Shown here: positions 37,905-48,892 of the stretch, in pieces
How the letters are laid out: the number at the start of each line of letters is the position of its first letter
How positions within the stretch are numbered: the first letter of the stretch is position 1
Source of the DNA: Bacilli bacterium
Lineage (GTDB): Bacteria; Bacillota_I; Bacilli_A; RFN20; CAG-826
DNA: 64,000 nt
Direction: 5' to 3'
Assembly: GCA_017959905.1 (NCBI GenBank)
Contig: JAGCZS010000002.1
Location: 7,514 to 71,513, forward strand
Notes under the pieces: model-generated
What the model was told of the DNA's origin: nothing
Database searches by the model: none
Seen by the model: the letters and a program-made list of their open reading frames with translations, nothing else
Position numbers and translations under genes: made by a program

Positions 37905-39373
37905 ATTTTTTTTGCCTTTTGTTTAAATTTAATAATGTCTTCAATAATTTTGGCTATATTTAACAATTTTTTATCTTCGAAAATCCTGCCAGTTAAATTA
38001 AAACCAAATGGCATTTTGTCAAAAAAACCTGCCGGTATAGTAATTGATGGCGAACCTGTAAAATTACTTATAATCAAATGATTATCGGCAATTAAATATT
38101 CATCACTTACAAAATAATCTTTATCAAAAATAGAATTTATTTTAGGCGCTATATCTGGAGAGGCAGGCAAAAACACAATATCATTATCCATAAATATGTT
38201 ATTAAAAATATCAATAATTCGATTTCGATTTTTTTTGGCACGCAAATAAAGTTTTTCTTGATTTTCTTTTAAAAGAGCATAATTACCAAAAATAAATCTT
38301 TTTTTAATATATTTAGAAAAACCTTTTTCACGCGCTTTTAAAACGCTTTCTTGATAAGTTACCGCCTCCGAATATTTTCCGAAACGCAAACCATCAAGAT
38401 TAGCATTGTTGCTAACAGATTCTGCACACGAAATTATAAAATATGTCGGAAATATTGTCCGAAGTATATTTTTTTCTATGCTTACATAATTTACGTTAAT
38501 TCCAATTTTTTCTAATTCTTCTAATATGTTTTTAAACTCATTAACAATAGATTTATTTTTTATAGAATCAATTATTTCTTTTATAACGGCTATTCTTATT
38601 GTTTTATTAACGGCGGCTGTTTTTATGCAATTATCTATTTCTATTTTATTTTCATAAATTTTATTCACAATTGAAGTACTATCCTTTTTGTCGTAACCTG
38701 TTGTAGCATCTAATAAAATAAAGCAATCTTCAACATTATTTGTGAAAAACCCCAGTGTATCTAAACTGTTCGCAAAAGGAAATAATCCAAAACGAGAAAT
38801 ACGACCCCAAGTTGGCTTAAATCCAACTATTCCAGCATAACTAGCAGGTTTACGAATTGAATCACCCGTATCGCTTCCTAATGAAAACGGAACTATATTG
38901 GCAGAAACAGCAACTGCCGAACCACAAGAAGAACCGCCAATTATGTGCTCGTTATTGTATGGATTTAATGTTGCTCCTTTATGCCCTGTTGTTCCAGAAC
39001 CGCCTAAGGCTAATTCGTCCATTGTTGTTTTGGCAATCGGTATTGCCTTTTTTTTTATTAATTTGTCAATAATTGTGGCATTAAATATAGGCACATAACC
39101 ATCTAAAATATTACTACTGGCACACGTTAATACATTTTTTGTTGAAATATTATCCTTAATAACAAACGGCATGCCCCATAATAAATTATCTTTTTCTGGC
39201 TCGACCAACGATTTTGCTATTTCAAAAACATCCTTGTCGATATATTCAAACGCGTTACAATCGTTATTTTCAGCGCGTTTTATTGCTTCATTAACTAACA
39301 ATAATGGCGTTATTTTTTTTTCGACTAATAATTCATGTATTTCTTTTATACTTAAAGATAAATAATTTGTCAT
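37901..39373 (-). CDS. gatA: Asp/Glu-tRNA amidotransferase subunit A
   Basis: 490 aa. It has the amidase signature GGSSCGSAVAV and GSDTGDSIRKPA. Confidence 0.97.
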   Translation of the reverse strand: MTNYLSLSIKEIHELLVEKKITPLLLVNEAIKRAENNDCNAFEYIDKDVFEIAKSLVEPEKDNLLWGMPFVIKDNISTKNVLTCASSNILDGYVPIFNATIIDKLIKKKAIPIAKTTMDELALGGSGTTGHKGATLNPYNNEHIIGGSSCGSAVAVSANIVPFSLGSDTGDSIRKPASYAGIVGFKPTWGRISRFGLFPFANSLDTLGFFTNNVEDCFILLDATTGYDKKDSTSIVNKIYENKIEIDNCIKTAAVNKTIRIAVIKEIIDSIKNKSIVNEFKNILEELEKIGINVNYVSIEKNILRTIFPTYFIISCAESVSNNANLDGLRFGKYSEAVTYQESVLKAREKGFSKYIKKRFIFGNYALLKENQEKLYLRAKKNRNRIIDIFNNIFMDNDIVFLPASPDIAPKINSIFDKDYFVSDEYLIADNHLIISNFTGSPSITIPAGFFDKMPFGFNLTGRIFEDKKLLNIAKIIEDIIKFKQKAKKI

Positions 39374-39678
39374 TAAATAACCTTTGGTATTTTTATCTGA
39401 TTAGCTACTTTATTTTTAGTATTTTTTAAAATATCATTTTCAATATCTTCAACAATATCATCTCGCAAATACGCGCATGGAAAAAAAATTTTAAAAGGAA
39501 AATTTGCTGGCTTATAATTGTCAATATTTTTATCGTTTAAAAAAAAATGTAATTGGTGTAAAAAAATATTAAATTCTTCTAAAAAAAAAGCGCCGTCTTT
39601 TTTTTCATCAAAATCTAAAAAATATTCTTTAGCAATACTTTTTATTTTTTCTATATCAACACTTAAAGTATCATTCAT
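39373..39678 (-). CDS. gatC: Asp/Glu-tRNA amidotransferase subunit C
   Basis: 101 aa. It lies immediately upstream of gatA and overlaps it, with the size and position typical of GatC. Confidence 0.8.
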   Translation of the reverse strand: MNDTLSVDIEKIKSIAKEYFLDFDEKKDGAFFLEEFNIFLHQLHFFLNDKNIDNYKPANFPFKIFFPCAYLRDDIVEDIENDILKNTKNKVANQIKIPKVI

Positions 39679-41678
39679 ATTTCTAATTTTTTTAAAAAAT
39701 CTTCTTCGTTAATAATTATTATATTCAAACTTTGTGCCATTGTTAATTTGTTGTTGCCAGGCTTTTCCCCGCAAACAACTATATCAGTATTTTTAGAAAC
39801 GCTAGTTTGAACTTGTGCGCCATTATTTTTAAGAATATTCGTTGCTTCGAAACGGCTATATTTTTTTAAAACGCCTGTTAAAACAACATTTTTATTATAA
39901 AAAAAATTATTTTTATTTTTTTCAATTTCATTGAAAGAAGTGTTAACGCCAATTTTTTGCAATTCATCTAACATTAATAAATTTTTTTGATCTTTAAAAA
40001 AAACACAAATATTTTCAGCTGCAATTTGTCCTATATCTCTAATATTTATTAATTCGTCAAATGTTAATTTTTTCCAATCATTAATGTTTTTATATTTATG
40101 TATTAAAATATTTATAATTTTATTGCTTACTCTTGGAATTCCAAAGCCTATTAATAATTTTTCTAAAGAATTTTTTTTAGACTGTTTTATTGATAAAATT
40201 AAATTATCAAAAGATTTGTTTGACCAACCGTTTATATCAATTATTTTTTCCTTGAAATTTTCTAATTTATAAATATCAACTACCGTTCTTAAAAATCCTA
40301 AATTAAACAATTCTTCCACTATTTTTTCGCCTAAACCGCTAATATTCATTGCATTTTTACTGGCAAAATAGATAATTTTCCTTATTTGTTTTGCTTCACA
40401 TTTTTCATTTAAACAATAATGAACGGAATTTTTCTTAATAAGTTCAGAATTACAAATAGGACATTTGTTAATCATTCTGAAAATATTATTTTTTATTACT
40501 GACGAGTTAGACGCTAAACCTACTACTTCTGGGATTATATCTCCGGCTTTACGAACGATAATCTTTTGTCCAATGAAAATTTTTTTTTCAATTATAAAAT
40601 TTTCATTATGCAAAGATGCTTTTCTTACGATGGTACCGGCAATACGTATCGGATCAAATAATGCGTTCGGCGTAATTTTTCCAGTTCTTCCAATATTATA
40701 AACAATTTTGCGTAATGTTGTTTCAACCTCTTTCGGCGGAAATTTATAAGCAACTGCCCACTTTGGGTTTTTTGATGTATAACCTATTAAATCGTAATAT
40801 TTAAATTCATTAACTTTAATTACTATGCCGTCTATATCATAAGGCAAGCTTAAACGTTTTGTCTTATATTGATTTATATAAGCCAAAACTTCATCTACGT
40901 TCGCACATATTTTGTATTTATCATTAACTTTAAAACCTATTTTTTTTATATATTCAAGAGCATCGCTTTGCTTATAAATGTTAAATGTCGTCGGATTTAC
41001 AAGATAGTACCAAAAACCTTCTAATTTTCTTTCTGCAGCTACTTTTGGATCTAGCTGCCGCACAGAACCAGCACTAGCATTTCTAGCGTTTGCAAATAAT
41101 GGTTCGCCTTTTCTAATTCTTTCACCGTTCAATTTCTTTAAATTGTTTTTCGAAATATAAATTTCCCCACGCACTTCTAATTTTTGTTTTGTATCAATAA
41201 TTGATGGAATTCCGTTAACAAAAATTACGTTCTGGGTCACGACTTCTCCTTCAATTCCATTACCCCTAGTAACAGCATTTTTTAATTTACCATCTTCATA
41301 ATTCAACGATATAGCCAATCCATCTATTTTTAACTCAACAACATATTCTATATTTTCAGGATTATGCAAACTCTTTTTAACTCTTGTATCAAACGCGCGA
41401 ATTTCTTCTTCATTGAAAACATCTGCAAGGGATAACATTGGGATCTGGTGTTTTATTTTTCGAAAACCAGTTTGAACACTGCCGCCAACTTTATCTGTTG
41501 GCGAATCATCTAATTTAAATTGTGGATATCGCGTTTCTAAATTTATTAATTCGTCCATTAGGCTGTCATATTCAGCATCTGTAATAGACGGGTTATTTTG
41601 CTCATAATACTCTTGATTGTATTTTTTTATTTGTTTACAAAGTTCTTCGATTCTTTCTTTTGACTTTATATTACGCAT
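39675..41678 (-). CDS. ligA: NAD-dependent DNA ligase
   Basis: 667 aa. It has the adenylation motif ELKIDGLA, a Cys4 zinc finger (CPICNSEL...HYCLNEKC), an HhH region and a C-terminal BRCT domain. Confidence 0.97.
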   Translation of the reverse strand: MRNIKSKERIEELCKQIKKYNQEYYEQNNPSITDAEYDSLMDELINLETRYPQFKLDDSPTDKVGGSVQTGFRKIKHQIPMLSLADVFNEEEIRAFDTRVKKSLHNPENIEYVVELKIDGLAISLNYEDGKLKNAVTRGNGIEGEVVTQNVIFVNGIPSIIDTKQKLEVRGEIYISKNNLKKLNGERIRKGEPLFANARNASAGSVRQLDPKVAAERKLEGFWYYLVNPTTFNIYKQSDALEYIKKIGFKVNDKYKICANVDEVLAYINQYKTKRLSLPYDIDGIVIKVNEFKYYDLIGYTSKNPKWAVAYKFPPKEVETTLRKIVYNIGRTGKITPNALFDPIRIAGTIVRKASLHNENFIIEKKIFIGQKIIVRKAGDIIPEVVGLASNSSVIKNNIFRMINKCPICNSELIKKNSVHYCLNEKCEAKQIRKIIYFASKNAMNISGLGEKIVEELFNLGFLRTVVDIYKLENFKEKIIDINGWSNKSFDNLILSIKQSKKNSLEKLLIGFGIPRVSNKIINILIHKYKNINDWKKLTFDELINIRDIGQIAAENICVFFKDQKNLLMLDELQKIGVNTSFNEIEKNKNNFFYNKNVVLTGVLKKYSRFEATNILKNNGAQVQTSVSKNTDIVVCGEKPGNNKLTMAQSLNIIIINEEDFLKKLEI

Positions 41679-43765
41679 TATTTTTTTCTAATAGCTCCAT
41701 TTTCTAAAACTAAAGTTATTCCATTTTTTCCACATTTGTCAAAAAAAACTTGAACAAAATTTTGATCTATTATTTCTTTAATCACGCCTGTCCCAAAAAT
41801 ACTATGAATAACAATATCGTTCTTTTTAAAAAGATTATTACAGTATTGTTGGTTAAAATGCGATTTTTCTACGAAAAAATCGTTATTTTTATATAAATTT
41901 TCTTTAATATTTTTTTTAACTAATTCAGGCATTTTTAAACCAGACTCTTCTATATAAGGCAATTCGTCAAAATTAAACTCAACATTTCTAGAAAGAAATA
42001 ACTTTTTTTTTGCTCTTGTAAATGCAACATAATACGTTCTTCTTTCTTCTTCGTTGTTAATGTTAGCATAAACAGTCTGCGACATATCAGCGATAAAAAC
42101 ACAATCGAATTCTAACCCTTTTGTTGCATGAATTGTCATTATCGAAACGCATTCGTTGTTATCGCCTAACTCATCTTGTGAAAAAATAAGAATATTATCT
42201 CTAATCCACATAGATAAATTTTTACTATTATTTTTTTTTAAAAAATCTAGCATATCTATATTTAATAAAAAAAATAAATCTTTTAATACTGTTGTTTTAT
42301 TTGTTAGAGTTTGAACATATTCTAAATAGCCAATGCTTTGCAAAAAAAAATTAATTATTCTTGGTAATTCATCTATTTCAGCTTTTTCAATTTCTATTTT
42401 AACTTTTTCAATTTCTTCAACCAAAAAGGCTAATTTTTGAATAATTTGTTTTGAAATTGTTGTTTTATAACGCTTTATATTTTTAATATAACTAAAAAAT
42501 GTTTCGTTATATTTTTCACATTCATTTTTTAAATTTTGCAAAGTTTTATCGCCTATTTTTCTTTTTGGGGTATTAATTATATATTCGAAAGCTAAATCGT
42601 CATTGTTATCTGATATTAATCTAATATAACTCACTATATTTTTAATCTCTTTCTTTTTAAAAAAAGATTGCCCACCTATAATTACATATGGTATATTTTG
42701 TTTACTTAATGCTTTTTCATAAGGGAAAACGTTTTTAACACTTCTAAAAAGAATAACAACTTCATTAAAATTTCTTATCTTTTGAGTTTCTTTTAAAAAA
42801 TTTATTTTTCTTGCTATATAATCCGCTTCTTGCTGACGCGTTTTAAATATCCGTAAATCTATTTTTTCTGTGTCTTTTTTTTCTGTAAACATATCCTTCG
42901 CTATTCTTTTTGTATTGTGTTTTATTAAATTGTTTGCGGCTTTAAGAATAGATTTTGACGAACGATAATTCTGATCTAAAATGATTGTTTCAATGTTTTT
43001 AAATAACTTATCTAAGCCTAAAATAATTTCTTGCTCTGCACCCCTCCATTCATAAATTGTTTGATCCGGGTCACCAACGACATACAAAGAAGTGCTGTTA
43101 TTACAAAACGATTTTATTAATCTAAATTGAAAAATATCAGTATCTTGAAATTCATCAACCAAAATATACTTAAATTTTTGAACCCATTTTTGTTTTACGT
43201 CTGGATAATTTTCCATTATGTCAATAGTTTTTAAAATCAAGTCATCAAAATCTAAAGCATTTTTTGCCCTTTTTAGTTTTTCGTATTCTTCTGTTATTTT
43301 TTGATATTTGTAATTATCACCATGTTTTTCAAAAAAATAACTTTCTTTTAAAATGTTTTTTTCAATATTTGCATAATCTAGATTATCGCCATATATCTTT
43401 TTTTTTATATCTTTCAACAGCTTTTTTTTATCTTCTTGATCTAAAATTGTAAAGTTATTGCCCATACCGATGTTATTTATTTCGTATGACAAAAAATACG
43501 AGCAAAATGAGTGAAAAGTAAAAATTTTTACTTCTTTATGAGTTTCGTTTTCGACGCGCTTACGAATTTCTTTACAAGCTTTATTTGTAAAAGTGAGAAC
43601 TAATATTTCTTGACTATTAACGTGCAAATTATTTAATAAAAAGATAATTCTATTTGTTAAGACAAATGTTTTTCCGCTGCCTGCACCAGCAATAACACGC
43701 ACATATTGTGAATTTGTCGTTATCGCTGATAATTGTTTTGCATTAATTACCTTGTTGCTTTCCAT
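41678..43765 (-). CDS. pcrA: ATP-dependent DNA helicase PcrA/UvrD family
   Basis: 695 aa. Motifs AGAGSGKTFVLTNRI, VDEFQDT, QNYRS and TIHATKGLEFD are present. Confidence 0.95.
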   Translation of the reverse strand: MESNKVINAKQLSAITTNSQYVRVIAGAGSGKTFVLTNRIIFLLNNLHVNSQEILVLTFTNKACKEIRKRVENETHKEVKIFTFHSFCSYFLSYEINNIGMGNNFTILDQEDKKKLLKDIKKKIYGDNLDYANIEKNILKESYFFEKHGDNYKYQKITEEYEKLKRAKNALDFDDLILKTIDIMENYPDVKQKWVQKFKYILVDEFQDTDIFQFRLIKSFCNNSTSLYVVGDPDQTIYEWRGAEQEIILGLDKLFKNIETIILDQNYRSSKSILKAANNLIKHNTKRIAKDMFTEKKDTEKIDLRIFKTRQQEADYIARKINFLKETQKIRNFNEVVILFRSVKNVFPYEKALSKQNIPYVIIGGQSFFKKKEIKNIVSYIRLISDNNDDLAFEYIINTPKRKIGDKTLQNLKNECEKYNETFFSYIKNIKRYKTTISKQIIQKLAFLVEEIEKVKIEIEKAEIDELPRIINFFLQSIGYLEYVQTLTNKTTVLKDLFFLLNIDMLDFLKKNNSKNLSMWIRDNILIFSQDELGDNNECVSIMTIHATKGLEFDCVFIADMSQTVYANINNEEERRTYYVAFTRAKKKLFLSRNVEFNFDELPYIEESGLKMPELVKKNIKENLYKNNDFFVEKSHFNQQYCNNLFKKNDIVIHSIFGTGVIKEIIDQNFVQVFFDKCGKNGITLVLENGAIRKK

Positions 43766-46490
43766 AGTTCGCGCATTTTTTTAAAACATCAAAACATCTT
43801 TCACAAACAAAATTGCCATCGATATTTTTTGCGTTTTGAACATCGACATAATTCCAACATCTTGGACATTTTAAACCTGACGAACGTTTCACAATAATTT
43901 CTTCTTTAATTGTGTCATCAAAAATAACATTAGAAACAACAAGAATCTTAGCTAATTCACTACAACTAATGTCATCTCTAATAAAGCTAAAATCATTTGA
44001 TAATTTAATATATATAACAGCTTCTTGCGAAGTATTAATTAGTTTTACTTTTCTTGCTTGTTCAATCTTTTGATTTATGTTTGTTATAAAAATATCTAAT
44101 TTTCTAACTTTAGTTAATAATTCTTTATTCTTTACATATTTATATGTTTTTATTGGAAAATCATAAAGCATAACATCATCTTTTTCTTTAAAATGAAAAT
44201 GATCATTAACTTCTTCCATTGTAAAAGGAATTATTGGGGTGAGCAAGCGTATCAAAACAGAAATAATCTCGACTATATTTTTTTGTATTTGCTTTCTTCT
44301 GACGTCGTTTTTTTCATTACAATATAAAATGTCTTTTGTAAAATTTAAATAAAATTTAGATAAATCATTGCTAATAAAATAAACTATTTTATTAATAATT
44401 TTTACAAAATGAAAATTTTCAAAATTATCAATTACTGTATTTTTTACATCTTCTAATTTTAATAGAATAGCTTTATCAACCAATTCAACATCACTAGTCA
44501 TTGTTTTGTCATAGTTAAAGTCGCTAATATTACCTAACAAAAATTTAAATGTATTCCTAATTTTAAAATAGACTTCGGATACTTTTGTTAATACCGGTTC
44601 AGAAATAACAACATCGTTTTTAAAATCAATCATACCAGCCCATAACCTTAACGTATCTGCACCATATTTATTTATAATATTTATTGGTTCAATTATATTG
44701 CCTTTTGACTTGCTCATTTTATCAAAATTTTTATCAACAACAAAACCGTGTGCAATGCATCGTTTAAATGGCGATATTCCTTCAGAAATAGTTGAAATTA
44801 TTAATGACGAATTAAACCAACCTCTATATTGATCGCTGCCTTCCAAAAGGATATCAGCAGGAAACTTTTGTCTATCTTTCAATATGTTCCAACTTGTGCC
44901 GCTATCAAACCAAACATCCATTATATCGGTTTCTTTATAAAATAAACCATTTGGCGAATGGCTGTTTTTATAATTTTTTGGTAATAACTCTTTGGCTTCT
45001 TTTTCAAACCAAATATTTGAACCGTATCTTTTTACCAATTCAATAACATTATCAAAAACATTTCTTTCAATAATTGGCGTGCCGTCTTCATTATAAAAAA
45101 TAATAATTGGAACACCCCATAATCTTTGCCGAGAAATACACCAATCTTGTCGTGTTTCAATCATCATTTGCATTTTTTCTTTTCCCCATTCCGGCAGCCA
45201 AATGACATTATCTATATTTTCTAATATTTTTTTCTTAAACGATTTTATTTCGCAAAACCATTGTGGAGTCGCACGAAAAATAACTGGTTTTTTTGTTCTC
45301 CAATCATGAGGATAAGAATGTGTTATTTCTTCTACTTTCATTAAAAAGCCATTCTGCTCTAAAAAATTTATTATTTTTTCATTTGCTTCTTCATAAAACA
45401 AACCAGCAAACTGTCCGGTAGTTTCATCTAAAACGCCATTTTCATCAACAGGACAATATGGTTTTAAACCGTATTTAGTGCAAACATTATAATCGTCTAA
45501 ACCATGTCCTGGAGCTATATGCACACAACCAGTGCCAACATCGTTTGAAACAAAATCTCCTAAAATAACTACAGAAGTTTTATCTTTATATAATGGATGT
45601 TCAACTATTATATTTTCTAATTCTGAACCAGTATAGTCTTTTATCGCGTCGATTTTATGAAAATTAAACTTTTTTTTAAGTATATCTTTAAATTCTTTTA
45701 AAAAAATAAAATTACCTTTATCAGTTTCAAACAAACTATATACAAAACATTTATTTACACAAATTGCTAAATTTGCCGGGATTGTCCAAGGAGTTGTTGT
45801 CCAAATTATAAAAAAAACATTTTTGTTAAATAATTTTTCAGTTGTTTTTGCTCTAAACAAAACATAAATTGTTTTTGCTTTTATATCGTGATATTCTACT
45901 TCTGATTCGGCCAAAGCTGTTTTGCTTGAAGGACTCCAAAAAACAGGTTTAAAACCTCTAAAAATATTACCGTTTATTGCTAAATCTCTAAAAATTTCTA
46001 ATTGCCTCGCTTCATATTCTTTTTCCAAGGTCAAATAACTGTTATTTAAATCACCAAATAAACCTAAACGTTCTAATTGTTCTTTTTGTTTGGCGACTTC
46101 ATTAATAGCGTATTTTTCACATTCTTTTCGAAAAATAATTGGCGGTAACGTTTTATAATTCTTATTACCTTTTATCACTTGATTTTCAATAGGCAAACCG
46201 TGCGTATCCCAGCCAAAAATAAAAGGAGTATAACATCCAGACATCGATTTATAACGCAAAATAAAATCCTTTATAAAACGATTAAGCATATGGCCGCAAT
46301 GAATATTACCATTTGCATATGGTGGCCCATCATGTAAAATATAACTCTTATTCGCTTTATTTTTTTTTAAAACATTTTCATAAATTTTTCTTTCATTCCA
46401 TCTTTTAATAATGTTTGGCTCATTTATATTCAAATTGCCTTTCATTTTAAAATCAGTTTTTGGCAAAAAAAGCGATTCTTTAAAATTCAT
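43743..46490 (-). CDS. ileS: isoleucine--tRNA ligase
   Basis: 915 aa. It has the HIGH-type motif PPYANGNIHCGH, KMSKSKGN and a C-terminal zinc-binding CPRCWNY...CERC. Confidence 0.98.
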   Translation of the reverse strand: MNFKESLFLPKTDFKMKGNLNINEPNIIKRWNERKIYENVLKKNKANKSYILHDGPPYANGNIHCGHMLNRFIKDFILRYKSMSGCYTPFIFGWDTHGLPIENQVIKGNKNYKTLPPIIFRKECEKYAINEVAKQKEQLERLGLFGDLNNSYLTLEKEYEARQLEIFRDLAINGNIFRGFKPVFWSPSSKTALAESEVEYHDIKAKTIYVLFRAKTTEKLFNKNVFFIIWTTTPWTIPANLAICVNKCFVYSLFETDKGNFIFLKEFKDILKKKFNFHKIDAIKDYTGSELENIIVEHPLYKDKTSVVILGDFVSNDVGTGCVHIAPGHGLDDYNVCTKYGLKPYCPVDENGVLDETTGQFAGLFYEEANEKIINFLEQNGFLMKVEEITHSYPHDWRTKKPVIFRATPQWFCEIKSFKKKILENIDNVIWLPEWGKEKMQMMIETRQDWCISRQRLWGVPIIIFYNEDGTPIIERNVFDNVIELVKRYGSNIWFEKEAKELLPKNYKNSHSPNGLFYKETDIMDVWFDSGTSWNILKDRQKFPADILLEGSDQYRGWFNSSLIISTISEGISPFKRCIAHGFVVDKNFDKMSKSKGNIIEPINIINKYGADTLRLWAGMIDFKNDVVISEPVLTKVSEVYFKIRNTFKFLLGNISDFNYDKTMTSDVELVDKAILLKLEDVKNTVIDNFENFHFVKIINKIVYFISNDLSKFYLNFTKDILYCNEKNDVRRKQIQKNIVEIISVLIRLLTPIIPFTMEEVNDHFHFKEKDDVMLYDFPIKTYKYVKNKELLTKVRKLDIFITNINQKIEQARKVKLINTSQEAVIYIKLSNDFSFIRDDISCSELAKILVVSNVIFDDTIKEEIIVKRSSGLKCPRCWNYVDVQNAKNIDGNFVCERCFDVLKKCANYGKQQGN

Positions 46491-46493
46491 CTT

Positions 46494-47627
46494 TTATTTT
46501 TTACTTCCATATTTATTAGAAGGATTTTTTATAAAAAATGGTAAAATATCATTCTCGCTAATATCTTCATTTTTGTTTTTTTCGATAATGTTATCAATGC
46601 TATTAATAATATTTTTTATCTTTATTGGATCTTTTTCGTCATTAAAATAAACATTTGTAGCAGATTCGTCAAAATAATTTCCTATAACACTAACATTAAT
46701 CTCGCCGCTCTTAAGGTTTTTGTCGTTTAATACAACAAGCTTACTATCGATTTTTCCAATTCTATCATAAATCATCTCTAAACAATTACGTATATTGTTG
46801 AAAAAAATATCATTGTGACAAGTAATTAAACAAATAATTTTTTTTGCATCGCCCATGTTTAAATTTAATAAGTCAGAAAAAATAGCATCATCAATCGCAT
46901 CCGATAATTTTGTTTGATCATATCCAAACGCGTTACTAATTATAATGAAGTTAGAATTGCCTAAAAAATTTTTTATATCCAAAAAACTAATACTTATAAT
47001 TCCTTGTTTAAACAATAATAAATCTAATATTGTTTTTATATGGCTAAAAGCTATTTTAAAACTTTTTTCAAATACTTGAGTTACAGAATCGTTATTGTTT
47101 AAAGATACTAATTTTTCGTTTGAAACAACAGAAATTGCATTTGCGTTTTGATGTATTTTTTTTAAAAAAAATATAAAATTTTCTTTTTTTTGATTATTTT
47201 CAAATTCAAAAGGTCTAAAAACCTCTAATATTGATATTTTGTTTTCTTCTTTACAAATATCTGTTATTACGTTTGCTACAGCACCACCAGTTCCGCCACC
47301 GATACCAGAAATGACAAAAATGATATCAAAATCACAAACAATCGAACGAATTTTCTCTTTGTTTTCTTCGGCTATATTAATAGCTAATTCTCTATTTGCT
47401 GCCGTTCCTGAATCTAAATCTTTATTATTTTGGCTGCTCAAAAAAATATTATTTTGAATTTTGGATTCACTAATAGAATTTTTGTCAGTATCGATAATGT
47501 ACAAAACAATACCATTTTTGTAAATATCGCTCAGGCTGTTATTTGAATACAAAGATTGCATATAATTAATAACATTTTTTCCAGCATTACCAACACCAAT
47601 AACAACAATCTTTTTTACGTTTTCCAT
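46494..47627 (-). CDS. ftsZ: cell division protein FtsZ (divergent)
   Basis: 377 aa. VIGVGNAGKNVINYM, the tubulin signature GIGGGTGGAVANVI and the conserved C-terminal peptide DILPFFIKN are present. Confidence 0.85.
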   Translation of the reverse strand: MENVKKIVVIGVGNAGKNVINYMQSLYSNNSLSDIYKNGIVLYIIDTDKNSISESKIQNNIFLSSQNNKDLDSGTAANRELAINIAEENKEKIRSIVCDFDIIFVISGIGGGTGGAVANVITDICKEENKISILEVFRPFEFENNQKKENFIFFLKKIHQNANAISVVSNEKLVSLNNNDSVTQVFEKSFKIAFSHIKTILDLLLFKQGIISISFLDIKNFLGNSNFIIISNAFGYDQTKLSDAIDDAIFSDLLNLNMGDAKKIICLITCHNDIFFNNIRNCLEMIYDRIGKIDSKLVVLNDKNLKSGEINVSVIGNYFDESATNVYFNDEKDPIKIKNIINSIDNIIEKNKNEDISENDILPFFIKNPSNKYGSKK

Positions 47628-47647
47628 TGTATCCTTAGCACCTTTTA

Positions 47648-48880
47648 TTATATTTTATTTTTTTTATTCTTTTGTTGCGCAAAATTTTTGTAGTTATAAT
47701 CGTTGTTAGCGGCCAAAATAGCGCCTACACATTTTAAAAAAGCATCATCTCTCGCGCCAAAAATATTAGACTTAATTTTTTCGACATTATAGTCTTTATA
47801 CATATTTTTAATATATTCAAAAAATCCATAAATTTTAAAATCGCTTTCTAAAAATATAAAATTACTGAATTTGTTTCCGTATTTTTCTAATATTTTTTTT
47901 ATATGGCTATCAAATAAGAAAAAAAAGTTATTAAAATATTTTTCTATTATTTTGTTCAAATCGCTTAATTTATATTTTTTTTCAATATTACTATTATCAT
48001 TTAAAACGCGATTTAAAATAACCGGATCAAAAGACAAAACTCTTTTATCTAATCCAAAAAAAGAACATAATTTTTTTGCTTTAATATCATCTATTTCAAA
48101 TTCGGTTGACACACTCTTAATTAATTGATGACTTCCAAAAGCAAAATAATCTGTGCATACAACTATTCCACCAGATACGATATTTATAAAAGTTTTATAT
48201 TTTTCGACATTAATACAAATGTAATCTTTCTTATCTTTTAATGCAAATGCTATTGCTTGTGAAGCTGCTAAATAGTCATATCTAAAAAAAGTATTGTAAT
48301 TGGTAACTTTTTTCATTAAATTATCGTAATTATTAATAATTGCCGTTGGCAACATTTGTACAGAAGTTTTTACTTCCAAAAAATCACTCATAACATTGAT
48401 CGGAAGATTTTTAGAACAACCAGTATCGTAATTAAATAATATCGGTATAATATCCACTATGCGATAGTTTTTATGTTCTTGATCATTATTTAATGTTTCT
48501 TTAATTGAATTAATAATATTTTCCATATCATTAAAACTTATTTTTTTTAAATTAGAAACTGGCTTTTTTTCGGCAATTTCAAAAATTTTTAAATCAATAG
48601 ATGGCAAAATAATCACAGCTTTATTTATTTTAATTTTTAATTTAAAATTACTGTCTTTTATATCCAAAAATTTTTTTAAAACTGTAAATATTTCTTTTTT
48701 ATCAAAATTTTGGAATTCTTCATCTGTTTGAATATTGGTTTTTATTGGCTCTTGTTTTTTATAAATTACAAGTATATCGCCACTATATTCATAACCAATA
48801 ACGATTTTGATAATATCTTCACATATTTCTATAGCCGCTACTAATTCGCGGCCAAATGATTTTTCTTCGATTTTATGCAT
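47648..48880 (-). CDS. ftsA: FtsA-like actin-family cell division protein (very divergent)
   Basis: 410 aa. It lies immediately upstream of ftsZ, and its size and alternating pattern are compatible with the actin/FtsA fold. The canonical DIGT phosphate-1 motif is not conserved (AAIEICED). Confidence 0.55.
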   Translation of the reverse strand: MHKIEEKSFGRELVAAIEICEDIIKIVIGYEYSGDILVIYKKQEPIKTNIQTDEEFQNFDKKEIFTVLKKFLDIKDSNFKLKIKINKAVIILPSIDLKIFEIAEKKPVSNLKKISFNDMENIINSIKETLNNDQEHKNYRIVDIIPILFNYDTGCSKNLPINVMSDFLEVKTSVQMLPTAIINNYDNLMKKVTNYNTFFRYDYLAASQAIAFALKDKKDYICINVEKYKTFINIVSGGIVVCTDYFAFGSHQLIKSVSTEFEIDDIKAKKLCSFFGLDKRVLSFDPVILNRVLNDNSNIEKKYKLSDLNKIIEKYFNNFFFLFDSHIKKILEKYGNKFSNFIFLESDFKIYGFFEYIKNMYKDYNVEKIKSNIFGARDDAFLKCVGAILAANNDYNYKNFAQQKNKKNKI

Positions 48881-48892
48881 AATTAAAAGTTT